In this document: positions 21,219 to 34,150 of the stretch, one piece after another
How positions within the stretch are numbered: the stretch's first letter is position 1
How the letters are laid out: each line of letters starts with the position of its first letter
DNA from: a virus
Lineage: Duplodnaviria > Caudoviricetes
Virus record (IMG/VR): IMGVR_UViG_3300043021_000113
Strand: one strand, 5' to 3'
DNA: 64,000 bases
Position numbers and translations under genes: made by a program
Notes under the pieces: generated by a model
The model's input: only the letters and a program-made list of their open reading frames with translations
The model's database searches: none
What the model was told of the DNA's origin: nothing

Positions 21219-21722
21219 TTAATCCAATAAAGCTAAAATTTTACGCGCACGTTCTAATATTGGCGTATCTTTTAGTTTTATAATATCTAAAGCTGTTCTA
21301 GAAGTACTTTCTTCTTCCGTTTGCTCTTTATAAAGCTTTTCATCAAGCCAAATTCTAGTGAACCCGTCACCTTCTAAAACTGCTTGGTCATAAATTCTTT
21401 TAATAGATGCTGTGGTTTTAATTTCAACATCTACTGTATCTTCAAAAATTTTTATTGTTTCCGAAACACTTTGTTTGATTTTTTCAATTGGTGGAATATC
21501 TATGAAAGCGTCTTGATATCCCATATAAGAAAAAACCCATCCAAAGTGTTCTAATTCTTCAGCAGCTCTTTTTCTGTAATATTCTTTTAAATCATCGATT
21601 CCTTCGACTTCAAAGAAATTTTCCATTGTCTTATACAAATTGTGGTTGTATAATTCATCTTTTAGCTGTTGATTTAATAATTCTTGCATTTTGTCGCTTA
21701 AACGGCATTCTCTAACATTCAT
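21219..21722 (-). CDS. ftnA: ferritin
   Basis: LNQQLKDELYNHNLY...AAEELEH...E...T..I..IY...EQTEEE ferroxidase pattern. Confidence 0.75.
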   Translation of the reverse strand: MNVRECRLSDKMQELLNQQLKDELYNHNLYKTMENFFEVEGIDDLKEYYRKRAAEELEHFGWVFSYMGYQDAFIDIPPIEKIKQSVSETIKIFEDTVDVEIKTTASIKRIYDQAVLEGDGFTRIWLDEKLYKEQTEEESTSRTALDIIKLKDTPILERARKILALLD

Positions 21723-21977
21723 TCTTTAAGAAAATATTTGTTTTTAATAATGTACCATTCAGGAGCGGCTATTAAATCGATATATTTTAAATATCGTTTT
21801 TCACCTTTCTTTATTTGTTCAAACTTTGTTTTAAATTTAAATTCTTTGCTTACTGTTTCTTTATTTTCAATCATCATGCAAAGTCCTTGTTCTATTTCAT
21901 AAACAGTCATTTTGTAAATAAAATCTTTTGACTCAGAAATTGCATGATTATTGTTATTTATATAAAAATTCTTAGGT

Positions 21978-24900
21978 TCAATTACTTTCTTTGCCATATA
22001 ATAAGTCATTAAGCCAAGCTACGGGATTTTCAGATATATTATAATAATTGTCATAATCACTCCATACATTAACAACGTTTAAACGCTTACTAATATAAAC
22101 AGAAACAAGGTTGTTGTTTTTATTATAAAAAGATAAATAAGCTTTTTCTTCTTTATTATTTTTGTACCAACAACCCGGTTTGTGAAATTCGTAACCATTA
22201 TAATTTTTTTTATCCTCAAAATTGGCCATGAAAAATTCATACCAAAATTTAATCATAGTCTAACAAGTCAAGAAGAAAGTTTACTGAATCTCCGTCATAA
22301 TCTGATATTATTTCATTATTTAAAACTTCAATTGTAGTATTTCCTAAATTTAAATCAAGACTAGAAATTACAATAAATTTTCCTTTTCTAAATTTAAAAT
22401 CTACGTATTCTTCATTTTCCGTATGACTTATAAATTCATATCCTTTGTAGCTTTTACCAACTTTAAATTGTGCTATGAAAAACTCAGCCCAAAATTTAAA
22501 CATTGGATCATTTATCTTGTCCATTATTAATTCCTAATAAATTAAAAATATACTCTAACGCTGCATCATCACAGACTGTAACTTTTGAACCTTCAATTAC
22601 TGAAGCATGCAATTTGTCATCTTTACGTTTAATTTCTAAACGTGAAGTTGGACCCATAAATTGTATTTTTTCGTCTATATCTAAACAGACATAATTTCCA
22701 TAAACTTCGCCAATTTCAAATTGCTTTTTGACTAACTCCCAATAGAAATCTTTGTTTTTCTCCCAATCAGTGAAAATTTCTGTCATATTTCAAATTTTAA
22801 TCTATTACAAAATTTCAAAAATATTTTGTAACTATCGTTATAATTTAAACTTGAATTATCAGCATAAGAAATCATCCTTGCTTCTTCTAACCATTTATTA
22901 TCCTTTGTTATCATAAGCGCATATGGCTTATAAGGGAATAAATAATATCTAAAAAGAATTGATGATTTCCAGTATTTAGCACCAGCTTTTCTTGCTTCTT
23001 CCAATAAAAGTAAGTTATAAAACGCACTATTGTTTAAATATTCTTTTTCAGAAATCATAGAATATAAATTATAATTTACAACTTTACAAAATCTAACAAA
23101 TCTTCTATAATAATAAGATTCTTCTTCTTTTTTAAAATAATAACTAGGAGTAAAAATTCTTGATTCTGAAATTACTTTTTCATCTTCTTTTATTATAAAA
23201 GCATAATGAGCTAATGGTAAAGAATAAAAAACGCAATCTTTGGATTTTTTCCAACGTTTACCTCCAATTGATATTATATATTGAAGTAAAAGTTTATTAT
23301 AAAATTTTTTATTTTTTAAATATTTAGTTTTTGAAATCATAATTTAAAATTTCCATTATCTCTTTAAACGCTGAATAATTATGTAACCAATCTTTAGGTA
23401 AATAAACATCTAAATTATCATCCCAAACATGAATTTCAAATTCAATATTTTTTATTTTTCCAAAAAATACTAAAAAATAATCATTATTAGTTACATTTTT
23501 AAATCCTCGTTCAATTAATAAACTACAAATTAAAATATTAAAAAACTTTTGATTTTTTAAATATTCATTTTCAGTTATCATAATTTAGTAATTTAAACAA
23601 TAATTCAATTGTTTAATAATCACTTTTAAAAATTTAATGTTTATTATATCCTAAAAAGCTAGCTAAATATTTAACAGCTGACCAATTATAAAACGCGTCT
23701 TGTTCTTTTGGCCAATTTCTCCAAAGAATAGCTGTTTTATCATTAATGAATAATTCATGTTTCACATTGTCTAAATATCCAGAAAAAGTCAATTTGTCTC
23801 TTTCTATAAGATCCAATGTAAAATTAAGTCTTGTTATTATATATTCAACAAATAATGGAGCAATATCTAAACTTGGAAAAAATTTGTTTTTATGTTTTTT
23901 TGACATATCCTAAATTTTTAGTCATAAAATTTAATGCTTCTTCATTGCTAAAGTCATAATAAAACCAATCTTTACTATCAATTGATAATATCGCATAATG
24001 GTTGCTAACTTCTAAAATATAAGATTTATTGTTTATTTTGCCTTTTAATTTTTTATAAGTGCAAAGTGGACTAGTGTTTTTTTCTTCTATAAAGCCAAAT
24101 CTATTGGCTAAATATAAGAAAAAATCCTTATTATGAACGTACATAATGCATTTTTCGGGTTAAATAATTAATCGCTGCTTCGTCATGATAAATTATGCCA
24201 GCTTCTCTTAATTCAAAATAAGCTCTGTCAATATAGGCAAACATTATTTCATTATTTTTTGTTTTTAAATAAAAATTCTTGTGTTGTTTATTTAAAGAAA
24301 CTTCTGTTTCTAAATAAAAATTTTCATGTTTATTTAAAGAAACTTTTTTTTCTTTAATAACATTTATTTTATTACATAAATAACAAAATAATTCCCTATA
24401 AAAACTCCTTTGTTTTATAAAATCAAGTCTTCCTAACATAACCTAAAAGTCCGCAAAGTTCTTTTATTACTTCACCATTGATTAATGCGGTAGATTCCCA
24501 GCCATCAACAATTAAAAATAATTTTGAATCAACAATTCTTAATTCATAAACTCTTTCATCAAAAACTGCATAATATGTTTTTATACCATTATAAGACCTC
24601 GCATTAGTAAAATTTAATTTCTTAATAGCCCAATAAACAAAACTTAAAAATAATTCAGAATTTTTGACATACTTTTCAAAACTTATCATATCCTAATAAA
24701 TTAGAAAGTTTTTTTATAACTTGAGTGTTTATTAATAATCTATTATCAATTTTTAAATATATTTCTAAAGAATTTTCACTATAAAAAAACCTGTAATATG
24801 TACCATTAATTATTGTTGAATATCCTTTAAAATTATTTGGATCTTTAAGTTTAAACTTAAATCCAAGTCTTTTAATCATATATAAAGATAATTGATAGTA

Positions 24901-27559
24901 AAAATTCTTATTATCGGAATAAAAAAACATTTATCTTGTATAATTAAAAATTTTTAATAAATTAAAAATTGCTTGCTCTCCTGAAAAACAATCTCCATTA
25001 AGAACATAAGATATTTGTTTATCTTTAGAAATATAAATTGAAATGTAATTATTATTTAATTTTCCAAAATACGATTCACTTTCATATATCCATTTTTCAT
25101 AATCTAAATTGAATTTTTTTATTATATAATGGATTAATAAATAATAAAAATCATTTTTGTTCATAATATCCCAAAAGATAAAAAATCTTATTTATTGCAT
25201 CAACATTGAACAAATATTGCACAGAACCATTTTTTCTTTCTTCTCCAAGCCAAATTGAATTATTTTTATATTTTGATTTATGATCATTAAGTATAAATAC
25301 ATAATAAACATCACCAATTGTTCCATTATAAGATAAAAAATAATCATCAGCATTGCTAACTTTGAAATAATCAGAATTTTTGACCATTTCATGAGCCATG
25401 TTTAAATAAAAATCAATGTTCTTTTTGTAATCTTGTTCACTTATCATTATATCCAAATATTTTTGCAATTTCTAAAAATGCTTGATAATTTTTATAAATT
25501 ATCTCTTCTCCAGGAATATTTAATTTTCTATATCTAAGATAAAAGCCATCATGATCAATTACTATTGAGCTACAAACTCTGCAGTTGCTAAAATGCCAAA
25601 CATAATATAAATCGTTTTCGTCTAATTCATAATTATTAGCATATAACCAACTAAAAACTAATTTATTATAAAAACAAATATTTTCGTAATATTCTTTTTT
25701 GCTTATCATATATTGTTAAAATCCCTAAATTATATCTTTAGAAATCCACCTATGGTTATTGTATCCTGCAATATCTGCTAAATAAAAAACAACTTCTTTT
25801 TCTCCATAAAAAATTTCATGGTGATTTTCAAATAAACACCACAAACCACAAGCAATCTTTTTTATTTGATAATTGTTGTTATTAATTCTTTTTTTAAAAA
25901 TTAAATCCCAACTTGTATCATCTTTTTTAAAGCCTGCTTTTTCCGCTAAAACTGGAATTAAACTTCTATAAAAAGCTAATTGTTTTTTATGTTTTTTTAT
26001 AATCATAATCGATTTCCTCTAATAAAATATAAATTATTTGTTCATTAATGGCTGCTAGTTCGTGGTCAGATCTCCACATATAACAGATTTTTCCTACTTC
26101 ATGAAAATTAATGTATACTTTATCGGGATATACATTAATTTTTCCCCTAAAACAAATTGTCCCAAGATCATTTCTTGTACATTCAAAATTTAATCTATTA
26201 CATAAATAAATTCCTAAATCACAATAAAAATCTTTATTTTTTGAAAAATCTTTAATCTCTAGCATATCCAATAAACCTTGTTAAAACATCCAAGACATCT
26301 TCATTTATAGCTACACAATAATTATCTTCTGCTTCATAAACTTTGACATCTCCTGTTTCATATTCAATTATAATTTCGTATACTGTATCATAATTGTTAT
26401 CTACAAAAACGATTTCTTGTTTTACATTATATTTAATAACATAGTTTACTTTTTTACAAATATAAATTGCTAATTGAGAATAAAACGATTTATTTTTGTT
26501 AAAATCATTCTCTGTTATCATAATTTAAAAACTCAAGAATATTTTTGAAAGCATCATATAAAAAAAACTTTTCTTCGTTTTTTTGAAAATACAAAAATAA
26601 TCCGTCTCCGTGACATTCAACAATTGTGTTTTTGTCTATTTCACAATAAAAATCTCTTTCTTCTTCTGTAACTTTATAATTTCTTTCTTCTAATAAACTT
26701 TTAATCAGCGTTTGGTACATGTCCAAATTAGCTGTATATTCCTTTTCTGTTATCATATTTCAATTTTTAATAATTTACAAAATTTCAAAAATACGTCATA
26801 ATCACTTAACCATTCTTCTTCTGGATCATAATTACAACGCATAGTCATTATTTCAATACTTTTTAAGTCATTATAAACAACTAAACCATAAGGCTTATAA
26901 GAAAATAAATAATATTTAGCATATTTTGTATTTTTCCAATATTTAGCGCCTTTCTCTTTTGCTTGTTCTAATAACCAAACATTAAAAAATACTTTATTAG
27001 AATAATATTCTTTACTTGTTATCATAATTTTTTATAACCTATAAAACCAGCAAGAAAAATACATTCTATTTTTAGCTCTTTAAAGCTTAAATATCTTATG
27101 TATAAATTGCACCAATCATCAGTATAAGGAAAATATAAATAATTAAAAACGTATTTATCAAAAATTATTTTATATTTTATGCAGTAATCGTCACGTTCTA
27201 TTTTAGGGTTAAAATATTTTTCTAAAATATATTTAAAAAGTTTTGAATAAAATTTCCAATTATTATCCATAACCTATTTTTTTAGAAAATATAAAACATA
27301 AGTCTTTTATTGCAACCCAATTTAAATAACTTTTCCATTCTCCGTTATAATACCAATCACCAGTTAAGTTTTCAATACCGAAAGAATTTGTACCAGAAAT
27401 TACAGAATCAGGTTTAATTGTATATATAGTGAGAACTGCACAACCTTTATATACTAAAATTTCTTTTTGTTTAACTTCTGGGTTGTAATATTTTTCTAAA
27501 ATATATTTAAAAAGACTTGAAAAAAAGGTATAATTATTTAAAAGATTAAAATTATTCAT
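21978..27559 (-). repeat. tandem run of about 20 small, overlapping, distantly paralogous ORFs (77-185 aa)
   Basis: shared N-terminal MI(S/T)exeYxkNxxFYxxL and C-terminal L/IGY(D/N); most starts overlap the previous ORF's end. Confidence 0.75.
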
Positions 27560-27569
27560 AATTAAAATC

Positions 27570-28046
27570 TTATATTAAAGTTTTACTTTCGCTTGCAAAA
27601 TACTTTGCTTTGTATTTATCCAAAATTTCTTTTGCTTTTTTACTGTCTTTTTGTGTGTTACAATAACAATTAAACATTGTGTAATTATTATTAACGTATG
27701 TGTAGTTATAAGGTATTTTTGCTTCTTCAAGATCTTTTGACATGTTATCTGTATTTAAACTTTTACAAGTTGCTTGAACAAGCCATAATTTGTCTTTTTG
27801 TTTTTTTTCTTCAAATAATTTTACAAAATAAACTCCAACAAGGTTTGATAAGCCAATAATTAAAGCTTTTTTCCAATTGTCCAAACTCTCGTCGCACATG
27901 TAAATTACTATGTAAGTATAAAAACCATAAGCTAAAGCATTTGCAATTGAAGCTGTAATTTTTCCACCTTTAATTGTTGCAATTGATTTTATGGTTTGAA
28001 TTATTACATTAATAACATTTAATATTATAAATCCAGTTAAATTCAT
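27570..28046 (-). CDS. membrane protein (DUF2179/DUF5698-like)
   Basis: three TM segments followed by a small soluble domain. Confidence 0.55.
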   Translation of the reverse strand: MNLTGFIILNVINVIIQTIKSIATIKGGKITASIANALAYGFYTYIVIYMCDESLDNWKKALIIGLSNLVGVYFVKLFEEKKQKDKLWLVQATCKSLNTDNMSKDLEEAKIPYNYTYVNNNYTMFNCYCNTQKDSKKAKEILDKYKAKYFASESKTLI

Positions 28047-28216
28047 AAGTCTAAGTAATTATCAACAATTGTAAATTCTGGATTCACAACCTCAATTACA
28101 AAGCCATTATTTCCTGGATCTTCTATAACTTTAAAATCTGCTTCTTGTGTAATTTCTGTTAGTTCATTATTACAAGCTATCAAAAAAAACGGTGCAAGAA
28201 TTAAAAATCTTTTCAT
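28043..28216 (-). CDS. 57-aa lipoprotein (below the ORF-track cutoff)
   Basis: MKRFLILAPFFLIAC... Confidence 0.6.
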   Translation of the reverse strand: MKRFLILAPFFLIACNNELTEITQEADFKVIEDPGNNGFVIEVVNPEFTIVDNYLDL

Positions 28217-28219
28217 TGT

Positions 28220-28582
28220 TTAATATCTATTTATAATTTCTTTTAATAATTGATTTTGTGTTTGATCATACATTGGGTTTGCATCCTCGATTAACTCCTT
28301 AATTTTAGTCAATTTTAAGCCTTTATAAAGCTTCGAATTTTTAATAAGCCACTTCTTCGGTAGTTGATCGTAAACTTCATAGCCGTCAAAATAAAGGCCT
28401 TTAATAACACATATTACATGGAAAACATCTTGAGGATCATTAGCGAATCCATAATAAACAAAATCTACATCATCATTGAATCTTTCTTTAATAAATAAAG
28501 CCAAAAAACCACAGCCTCCATTATATAAATTTTTAATGTTAGCTTTGATTTCTTGACTCATTTTCTTTAATTTTTCAATCAT
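28220..28582 (-). CDS. hypothetical protein
   Basis: NGGC...FHV...FDG motif. Confidence 0.5.
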   Translation of the reverse strand: MIEKLKKMSQEIKANIKNLYNGGCGFLALFIKERFNDDVDFVYYGFANDPQDVFHVICVIKGLYFDGYEVYDQLPKKWLIKNSKLYKGLKLTKIKELIEDANPMYDQTQNQLLKEIINRY

Positions 28583-28986
28583 AAATAACCACCAGCCATA
28601 ACTGCGAAAATATCTGCTATTTCGTTTCCATATAAACCCTTATGGCCTTTTATATGTGTAAGGATTATTTGGTCTTTTACTTCTTCATAAAGAGGAATTA
28701 AAATATCCCAAAGATCATTATTAGCATTTCTTGACCAATTTTTAGTAAGAGTTCCTATGCAATACATGCTATCGCTAAAAACTTCGCAGTTAATCTTAAG
28801 TTTTTTTATGTATCTAAAGGCAGCAACCAACCCGAACATCTCTGCTCGTTGGTTGGTCGCATTTTCTAAAGGTTGAGCATAGAAAGCTTTTAACTTTCCA
28901 TCCTCTATCAATATAAAGCTATAGCCGCCTTTTTGTTTACTTTGACTGTAAGCTCCGTCAGTGTAAATTTCAACGCGTTTTAACAC
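28579..28986 (-). CDS. rnhA: ribonuclease HI (likely GTG start at 28986)
   Basis: IYTDGA...TNQRAEM...SDSMY...HIKGH...NEIAD. Confidence 0.9.
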   Translation of the reverse strand: MLKRVEIYTDGAYSQSKQKGGYSFILIEDGKLKAFYAQPLENATNQRAEMFGLVAAFRYIKKLKINCEVFSDSMYCIGTLTKNWSRNANNDLWDILIPLYEEVKDQIILTHIKGHKGLYGNEIADIFAVMAGGYL

Positions 28987-29083
28987 TGCCTGGTCTTGTG
29001 TGAGCTTTCTGATAATCTCCTGGTTGAGTATCAAACCAACGTTGTCTTCCTTCTAATTTTTTAACTTTCTTTGCGTACTTCAT
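28970..29083 (-). CDS. 37-aa basic peptide
   Basis: MKYAKKVKKLEGRQRWFDTQPGDYQKAHTRPGSVKTR fills the gap between MoxR and RNase H. Confidence 0.55.
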   Translation of the reverse strand: MKYAKKVKKLEGRQRWFDTQPGDYQKAHTRPGSVKTR

Positions 29084-29103
29084 GATTTTTGATTTTTTAT
29101 AAA

Positions 29104-30321
29104 TTAAAGAATGATTCTCTTTATTACATCTTTATTTGTAATTAACTTTTTAACTCTTGCTGGATATTTAACAGTAAGTGTTTTTATCATATTAAATATT
29201 AAATCTTCACTTAAAAGTTTTTTACTCTTATTCTTGTCATCTATAATCTCAAGAATTCTTGTTACTATAGGATCACTCTTAGTTCCTTTTTGAGCAAATA
29301 AACTTTCAATATGATTTATAAATCTAATTGATAATATGCTTGCAATGTCTGCTCTGTAAATATCTTCAGTTCCTCGTTTTTCATAAACGCATTCTTCAAG
29401 CTTCTTAGAAGCCTTTTCCCATTCAAGATTTAATAATTCTTCAGGAGTAATTAACTTGTGAAGTTTATTATTAATAAATGTTGTAAACATATTGCCAACT
29501 GTGTTTTTGTCATCATCAAAACAACCATTAGCAATATTTAAAATTAACGCTAAAGATTCAGGAGTTGACCAATCTTTAATTCCAGAAATAGTATTAAAGA
29601 AAGTTGTCATAGATCTCGCGTTAATAGTTAAATTTTCTTTCTTTGTTATAAGCTCAGGTGCCCATAAAAGAAAATTTATTGCCTCATCTCTTAATCCGTA
29701 TTCACCAGCCCATTTTGACCATATTTTAACGTCAAATTCAACATCAAAAGTAATATATCTTGACTTCATCGCAGCATCAAGAGATACTCCCAACGTATAA
29801 TCTGCATTATCTGGATTTTCTGACAAGATAATTGTTGAACCTTTAGGTAGAGACCAAGAAGTAAACGCTTGAAGATTTATAATCTCCATTACGGCTTGCA
29901 TAAGCATTGGGCTGCAACGCGTAAAATCGTCCATTAGAAGGACGACAGGCTCGTTTGCTTGAGGAACCCATGAAGGGATAGAATAACCCATCCTATGGTT
30001 TCCTGTAACTGTAGCTCCAGCTTTGATATATTCTGGTAAAATATCTTTAGCTATCCACTCACAGTTGCCATTTATACACACTTCATATTCTTTTAAGGGA
30101 AATCCCAGAAGATCTCCTGTCTCCTCTAATTGACTTAGACGTAAAGTTTGAAATGGCATGTTTAATTCTTGCGCTAATTGCTCTATTGCAGACGTTTTCC
30201 CTAATCCCGCGTCACCACGCAATGATACAGCAACTGCTTTCTTATTTTGTGCTGCTAATTCTTTATTATTGTTGATTATATAAGTTAAAACTTCCTTGAT
30301 CTCTTGTATATTATATTTCAT
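29104..30321 (-). CDS. MoxR-like AAA+ ATPase
   Basis: GDAGLGKT; LLMDDFTR; ENP; LDAAMKSR. Confidence 0.8.
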   Translation of the reverse strand: MKYNIQEIKEVLTYIINNNKELAAQNKKAVAVSLRGDAGLGKTSAIEQLAQELNMPFQTLRLSQLEETGDLLGFPLKEYEVCINGNCEWIAKDILPEYIKAGATVTGNHRMGYSIPSWVPQANEPVVLLMDDFTRCSPMLMQAVMEIINLQAFTSWSLPKGSTIILSENPDNADYTLGVSLDAAMKSRYITFDVEFDVKIWSKWAGEYGLRDEAINFLLWAPELITKKENLTINARSMTTFFNTISGIKDWSTPESLALILNIANGCFDDDKNTVGNMFTTFINNKLHKLITPEELLNLEWEKASKKLEECVYEKRGTEDIYRADIASILSIRFINHIESLFAQKGTKSDPIVTRILEIIDDKNKSKKLLSEDLIFNMIKTLTVKYPARVKKLITNKDVIKRIIL

Positions 30322-30326
30322 CTTTA

Positions 30327-32658
30327 TTACTTTTTATTTTTTGGAATTAAAATTGTTTTACCTGGATATTCTGATTTGTGATCTCCATCTGAAGATATAA
30401 GCCAAATCCAATGTAATTTTTCAGCTGGCTTTTTATCTAAATAACCATCGGTAAAATAAACTGTAGTTGTATAAACACCTTTTCTTTCTTCTAAATATTC
30501 AACAATAGGTACACAAGAAGTACCGCCACCACCTGTTATTTTACAATCTGGCTTACCTTTATATTCATAAACACGGCCTATGTGGCAATCGCATTCTAAA
30601 ATATCAATAGCAACACCTGATTTGTACATATGGTGAACTTCAGTGAAAAAGTCTTTTAAATCTTCATCATTAATTGATCCTGACGTATCAATTGCAACTA
30701 AGATTTTTTGTTTGAATTTAATTTGAGTTTTTGAAAAATCCTCAAATCTTCTTGACTCTCTCTTTCTGTTTTTCTTCTGAAACATTTGTGTTGAATTACC
30801 AACAACTCGTTTAAAATAATTTTTCCAATTAAAAACCGGAGGTTCAGGTTTTAATAATTTTTCAATTAAACTCCTTAATTCTGCCGGAATAGAACCAATA
30901 CCACTTGCTGAGCTCTTCATCGTTTCCTCTGCTGCACTCTTCAATTGATGTTCAATTTGATTCTTGACTAACTGCTTTTGAGAATCTGGAAGACTGTCAA
31001 AATCTTTCCATAACTTATGAGATCCAACATTTTCTCCTTGTTGTGGTGCATCTTGACCTTCAAGTTCTCTGTAAAGCTCTTTGTAATAATAATTAGTACC
31101 TGCTCTTGGATCTAAAGATTTACCAACAATCTCATTTAACGATTCAAGAGTTACTCCATCACCTGGTAAACACGTATCTTTATCTTTAAGCTCTGCATTG
31201 TTAATTATAATCTGGTTAACTTCACAATCCGCAGCTATGTTAAATAATTCTGCATTATCAAACATTGTACGCATTGTAAGGTGTCCTAGTGCTATATGAA
31301 GCTTTAATACCTCAATTTTCATTGAGGAGTAGACTATCCCTTAACCCGGTCTGGGTTGTCTATTATAGTCGTTGAACGTCTTTCTTGTAAATAATTATTA
31401 AAAATATTATATTTTCTTAATAAATAAATTGTAGCATTTTTATAAATATATTCTGAAAATTTAATAGAATCTTTAACTGAAAATTAAAGTTGATATAGAA
31501 TAGAAGGGTCGCCATTTTGAGTTTTTCTATGCCTTTCATAAATTTTAATATTTTTCAAATTTAAATATTTAATTAATTTCTGCATAAATTTTAATGATCC
31601 ACAACACATACCACTTCTAATAGTTTTAATGGTTTTAATTTTATTGCTGTTATTATAAACACCAACTGTTCCATCGCCATCAAAATATCCTCTAATAAAA
31701 TGATTTATTAAATTTTTAGGTAATATATTTTCACCTGGAAATTCAATTGTTAATGATTTTCTTTCAGTACATCCACAATTTATAAGATCTTGCGCTAGTT
31801 TATTGTCTGATATATTCAATTTAAAACATTCTTTATTAAACTTTTTATGATATTCTCTATATATAAGCCCTGTATATTCAATGTGCTCTTTAAATTTATC
31901 GAGCCATTCAATATCTTTAGATATTAGAGTTACACTATAAGAATTTTTATTATTTCTAACGCATCCGTCAGCATATAAAGCACCAAGCCAATATGCTTTT
32001 TCTTCAGTATCAATTTTTTCAAAAAAATTAGAATTACAAGTATACTTTCGATTAGTTCCTTGAGCTCTTGTTATTCCTAATTTTTTTAAAATTTTCAATA
32101 CTGTATTTTCACCAAAATTGAATTGTTTTCCAATATTTTTGGCAGAAAACTTTTCGTTTAAATATAAATTTTTAATAATTTCTAATTGTTCTTCTGTTAC
32201 ATTATCAACTTTATTATACATAATACATGAATTTTAATGAAAAATATCATGTACAAATATAATAAATTAAAACATAGAACACAAGAAATTTCGCTGCGGA
32301 TTTCCCAATTCTTTAACTTTTTACTGTCTCGTTGTGATTAGCAACGCCCTTATATATATTACTATTATAAGTTAGTATTAAAGACTTTAGGGGGTTCCCG
32401 CAATTTAAGACTTTCTACTGTATATTCCTATACAGCGGGTCCTTCAATTTGAACCTCATGAAGCAATATATTTACCTGTTGAATATCTGTGAGTGAATCC
32501 CAGAATTCTTGGTTAATATATAAGATCGTATTTATACCTCTAAGTCCCACAGCCAATGTTGGGATGCTCTTTGAAACTTCTTTTTGAATTCCAGAAAGAA
32601 ACAACCCATAAAATGGCTCTGAGATTATCAATTTACGGCAAGCCTTTTCTATTGTCAT
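30327..32658 (-). CDS. HExxH metallopeptidase-like plus vWA domain protein, spliced (exons 32658-32452 and 31301-30327)
   Basis: the join restores LLHEV|LHIALGH; NIAADCEVN; MIDAS DTSGS, GGGT, FTDG. Confidence 0.85.
31302..32451 (-). mobile_element. group I intron 4 carrying a LAGLIDADG endonuclease
   Basis: P1 GGUU/GACC; P10 UGAAG/CUUCA; UCAACGACUA and GGAUAGUCU core; terminal G. Confidence 0.85.
31484..32221 (-). CDS. intron-encoded LAGLIDADG endonuclease (premature TAA near the C-terminus)
   Basis: AYWLGALYADG; HFIRGYFDGDG; homologous tail IYKNATIYLLRKY continues after the stop. Confidence 0.8.
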   Translation of the reverse strand: MYNKVDNVTEEQLEIIKNLYLNEKFSAKNIGKQFNFGENTVLKILKKLGITRAQGTNRKYTCNSNFFEKIDTEEKAYWLGALYADGCVRNNKNSYSVTLISKDIEWLDKFKEHIEYTGLIYREYHKKFNKECFKLNISDNKLAQDLINCGCTERKSLTIEFPGENILPKNLINHFIRGYFDGDGTVGVYNNSNKIKTIKTIRSGMCCGSLKFMQKLIKYLNLKNIKIYERHRKTQNGDPSILYQL

Positions 32659-33298
32659 ATTCTGTTATTTAACTCTGTAATATAAACTATTTCCAAGCTA
32701 TCCATTCCCAAACGATACTCCTGGAAATTACCTGAGTGATAATTTACCCTATAAATAAGCCCTGTTTCATCTAACATGACAACAGATTTTACGCGCTCTT
32801 GTATTTTATTAGCATAATTTCTAATGGCCATTACAGCCAAAAAATATTTTTTGTTCATCTTATCAATAAATAAATAATAATTACAGTTGAAATTGTGGCA
32901 TAAATTGCCAATGAAATTAAGTTTGTTTTAGCTTTGCAAAGTTGTTGGTAGTAATTTATACGCCAAGAACTTTCGGTTTCCATTCTGTATGATACGTAAT
33001 TATAATCATACATTAACTTTTCGTAATCTTCAGAAAGTTTTTTATAATCTTTCGATAAAGATTCTGTAGCTTCTTTTTGAGAATCTAATTCTTCATTAAG
33101 CCATTTTATCTCACGTTTTCTTGTCATCTTTTTTTCCTGCATTTCTCACTAATAGACTTGTAAATTTGTATTATCTAAAAATTTTTGTTTATATAGTTAA
33201 ATAGATAATCCAAACTCTTTTCTAAATGATCCAATTTTACCAAAGCATTCTTGCAATTTTTTTTAAAACTGCAAGAATCTTTAGTTTTAGCATTGAAT

Positions 33299-33931
33299 TC
33301 ATGTGAGCCCTTCAATTTCTCCATTTACCTTTTCTTTTAACTTTTCCTTACGTACTAAGCCTTTAAGCTTACATGTGTAACTTTCGTCTTCCGCATAGCC
33401 GATTTTATCTAACCATGCGTAGTAATCACCTTTTGTATATCTATATTGAACCGTGTTTTCATATGCTTTTACACTTTCTGTCCAATGTTCGAACTTAAAA
33501 TAAGTCTTTTTCTTTGAGTTATAAAGTCCAAAAAGATTGTTGTTTTTTGTACATTGCTCAGATTTAAACCATCCTGTTTCTAAAATAGCTTGAGCAATCA
33601 CTATTTCAGGGTATTTGATCTCATAATGTTTTACAACAAAAATTAAATTTTCTAAATTTAATTCTAGGTTTTCAATTGAATTTACATTTGTAGGAATTAC
33701 TAATTCTTGTTCGTGCACATTACTTGTTACACCCATTGCTTCTACTACAAGAAGAAAAGCTGAAATACAAATCAATCTGTTATACTGTCGTTTCTTTGAT
33801 GTAAGCATTCGTTTCGCCATCCGTAAAATAACCTCCCACGGCCTCGAAACCAACTTCCAATAAAAAATTAAATACCTCTTGAACTGTCTCATAGCTTGTC
33901 TCTGAAATGCGCGTGCCATGCGGCATTTCAT
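33299..33931 (-). CDS. glucosaminidase (GH73-like) cell-wall hydrolase with N-terminal membrane segment; start probably near 33808
   Basis: AQAILETGW...NNLFG...GYAED. Confidence 0.8.
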   Translation of the reverse strand: MKCRMARAFQRQAMRQFKRYLIFYWKLVSRPWEVILRMAKRMLTSKKRQYNRLICISAFLLVVEAMGVTSNVHEQELVIPTNVNSIENLELNLENLIFVVKHYEIKYPEIVIAQAILETGWFKSEQCTKNNNLFGLYNSKKKTYFKFEHWTESVKAYENTVQYRYTKGDYYAWLDKIGYAEDESYTCKLKGLVRKEKLKEKVNGEIEGLT

Positions 33932-34150
33932 AGCGTATCCTAAACATTATCTAAATAAATAAAATCTAAAATTAAAAAATAGTTATGTAGTCTCTATCTT
34001 TGTTTTTATCCCAAAATGGCGTGTACCATAATATAATATCATAGTGACCATTGCTTCTTTCCAGATAGTCCAAGTTGGGGTTCAAATAATAAAAAATAAC
34101 AACCAAAATTGCTGTAATTAATAAAAACCCTATCATACACAAATAATTTT

